64,000 nt of DNA from an uncultured Chloroflexia bacterium (lineage in GTDB: Bacteria; Chloroflexota; Limnocylindria; Limnocylindrales; CSP1-4): NCBI GenBank assembly GCA_963715245.1, contig CAVQRM010000001.1:643188-707187 (forward strand). Direction: 5' to 3'. Shown piece by piece: positions 62,929 through 64,000 of this stretch (its first letter is position 1; each line of letters starts with the position of its first letter). Below the pieces are notes generated by a model. It had not been told where the DNA came from, made no database searches, and was given only the letters and a program-made list of their open reading frames with translations. The translations under genes were made by a program, and so were the position numbers.

Positions 62929-63718
62929 ATGGCCGTCGACACCAGCGATCGATCTGCTCCTGTGCCCGCGTCCGCGCCCTCGCCGGCGTGGCCGACGTTC
63001 GCGCTCGTCAACCGGAGCACCCTGCCCGAGGAGATCGCCGCGCGCCTGCTCGACCTGATCCGCGCCGAGCGGCTCCGGCCGGGCGACAAGCTCCCTGCGG
63101 AGCGCGAGCTCGCCGCCGCGATGCAGGTCAGCCGCCCGGTCCTGCGCGAGGCGCTCCGGGCACTTGCGATCATGAAGGTCGTCGAGATCCGGCAGGGGGC
63201 CGGGACGTACATCACGGCGCTCGAGCCGCAGCAGCTCGTCTCTCACCTCGACTTCGTGGTCTCCAAGGACCCGGTTGCGCTCGCCCAGGTCATCGAGACC
63301 CGGCGGGTCGTGGAGGTCGGCAACGTGCGGCTGGCCGCCGAGCGGATCGACGACGCGGGCATCACCCGCCTTGAGGCGCTGCTCGCGGAGCTCCGCGGCG
63401 CCGTCGGCGACGCGGACCGCTTCAGCACCCTCGACATCGCGTTCCACGACGCCGTGTGCGATGCGGCGGGCAACTTCCTGCTCGCGCAGTTCATGGCGAT
63501 CATCGACACGCTCGGCAAGGTCAGCCGGGAGCGCACGGGGGCGAACCGCGCGGACGCGCGAGCTCGCGCTCGCCGACCACGAGTCCATCCTGTCCGCGCT
63601 GCGCCTGCGGGACGCGGACGCCGCCGCCGCAGCGATGACCGCCCACCTCGACCACGTGGAGGCCGCCCTCGTCGCGGCCGCACCCGCGGCGAAGCGATCG
63701 CAGGACGCTGCGCGGTGA
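62929..63718 (+). CDS. GntR/FadR-family transcriptional regulator; apparent frameshift ~63550 in the FCD domain
   Basis: wHTH …LPAERELAAAMQVSRPVLREALRALAIMKVVEIRQGAGTYI… C-terminal FCD helices partly in ORF 63275..63718. Confidence 0.7.
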
Positions 63719-64000
63719 ACGTCCACGGCAGCCACCACCTCGACGCCTCACGCGACGTCGTGTTCGGCGCGATCCGCGACCCACGGGTCCTGCTCGAGGT
63801 CATCCCCGGCATCGAGGCCGTCGAGGAGGTCCAGCCCCGACGAGTACGAGGGTCGGATGACGCTCCGCCTGCCCGGCGCCGTGGGCACGTACCGCACCCA
63901 TGTCCGCCTCGTTGACGTCGTCGCGCCCGAACGGGCGGCGCTCGACGGCCGCGTCGAGGGCTCGATGGGCACCATCGAAGGGTCCGCCCGGTTCGCGCTC
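63715..64000 (+). CDS. CoxG-like SRPBCC protein, 3' end outside window; apparent frameshift ~63835
   Basis: GTG overlapping upstream TGA. VNVHGSHHLDASRDVVFGAIRDPRVLLEVIPGIEAVEEV… then …YEGRMTLRLPGAVGTYRTHVRLVDV… in ORF 63456.. frame. Confidence 0.45.

Overview
Very high-GC (~72%) chromosomal window, Actinomycetota-like in codon usage, densely coding on both strands. No rRNA, tRNA, CRISPR array or mobile element was recognised. Gene content from left to right: a MoaX-like fused MoaD-MoaE molybdopterin synthase; a KamD-like aminomutase alpha-subunit homologue; an HxlR regulator with an AT-rich operator; an HtrA-like protease; a large ATP-binding LuxR (LAL) regulator; a membrane-fusion protein plus FtsX permease efflux pair; a tyrosine phenol-lyase (TPL-like) with an MFS transporter; a leucine/isovalerate catabolic operon (enoyl-CoA hydratase, methylcrotonyl-CoA carboxylase beta and alpha, HMG-CoA lyase). 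The most striking feature is a ~13 kb island (22.7-35.9 kb) for corrinoid-dependent demethylation of quaternary amines or methylamines: three MttB-superfamily methyltransferases without in-frame amber codons, two B12-binding corrinoid proteins, a RACo/RamA-type reductive activase, a MetF-MetV-like methylene-THF reductase, an MtgA-like methyl-THF:corrinoid pterin-binding methyltransferase, DUF1638, and an internally truncated URO-D/MtaA-like remnant. Downstream lie a block of hypothetical genes, an OmpR/histidine-kinase pair with a DM13-domain protein, and a sugar catabolic/uptake locus (three Gfo/Idh/MocA dehydrogenases, TIM-barrel isomerase, DeoC aldolase, SIS protein, CUT2-type ABC transporter, decayed NagB-like and ROK regulator genes). 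Then come an OYE-FAD flavoprotein of the DgcA/StcD demethylase family with an AraC regulator, and GNAT, MBL-fold, SDR, epimerase, ABM, GntR and CoxG-like genes. Two general observations stand out. First, about 28 apparent single-base frameshifts interrupt otherwise conserved genes, roughly one per 2.3 kb, mostly in G/C runs; this points to indel-prone sequence or widespread pseudogenisation. Second, two distant operons carry near-identical promoter-operator modules built on an AT-rich 11-bp palindrome, TCGATTATCGA.
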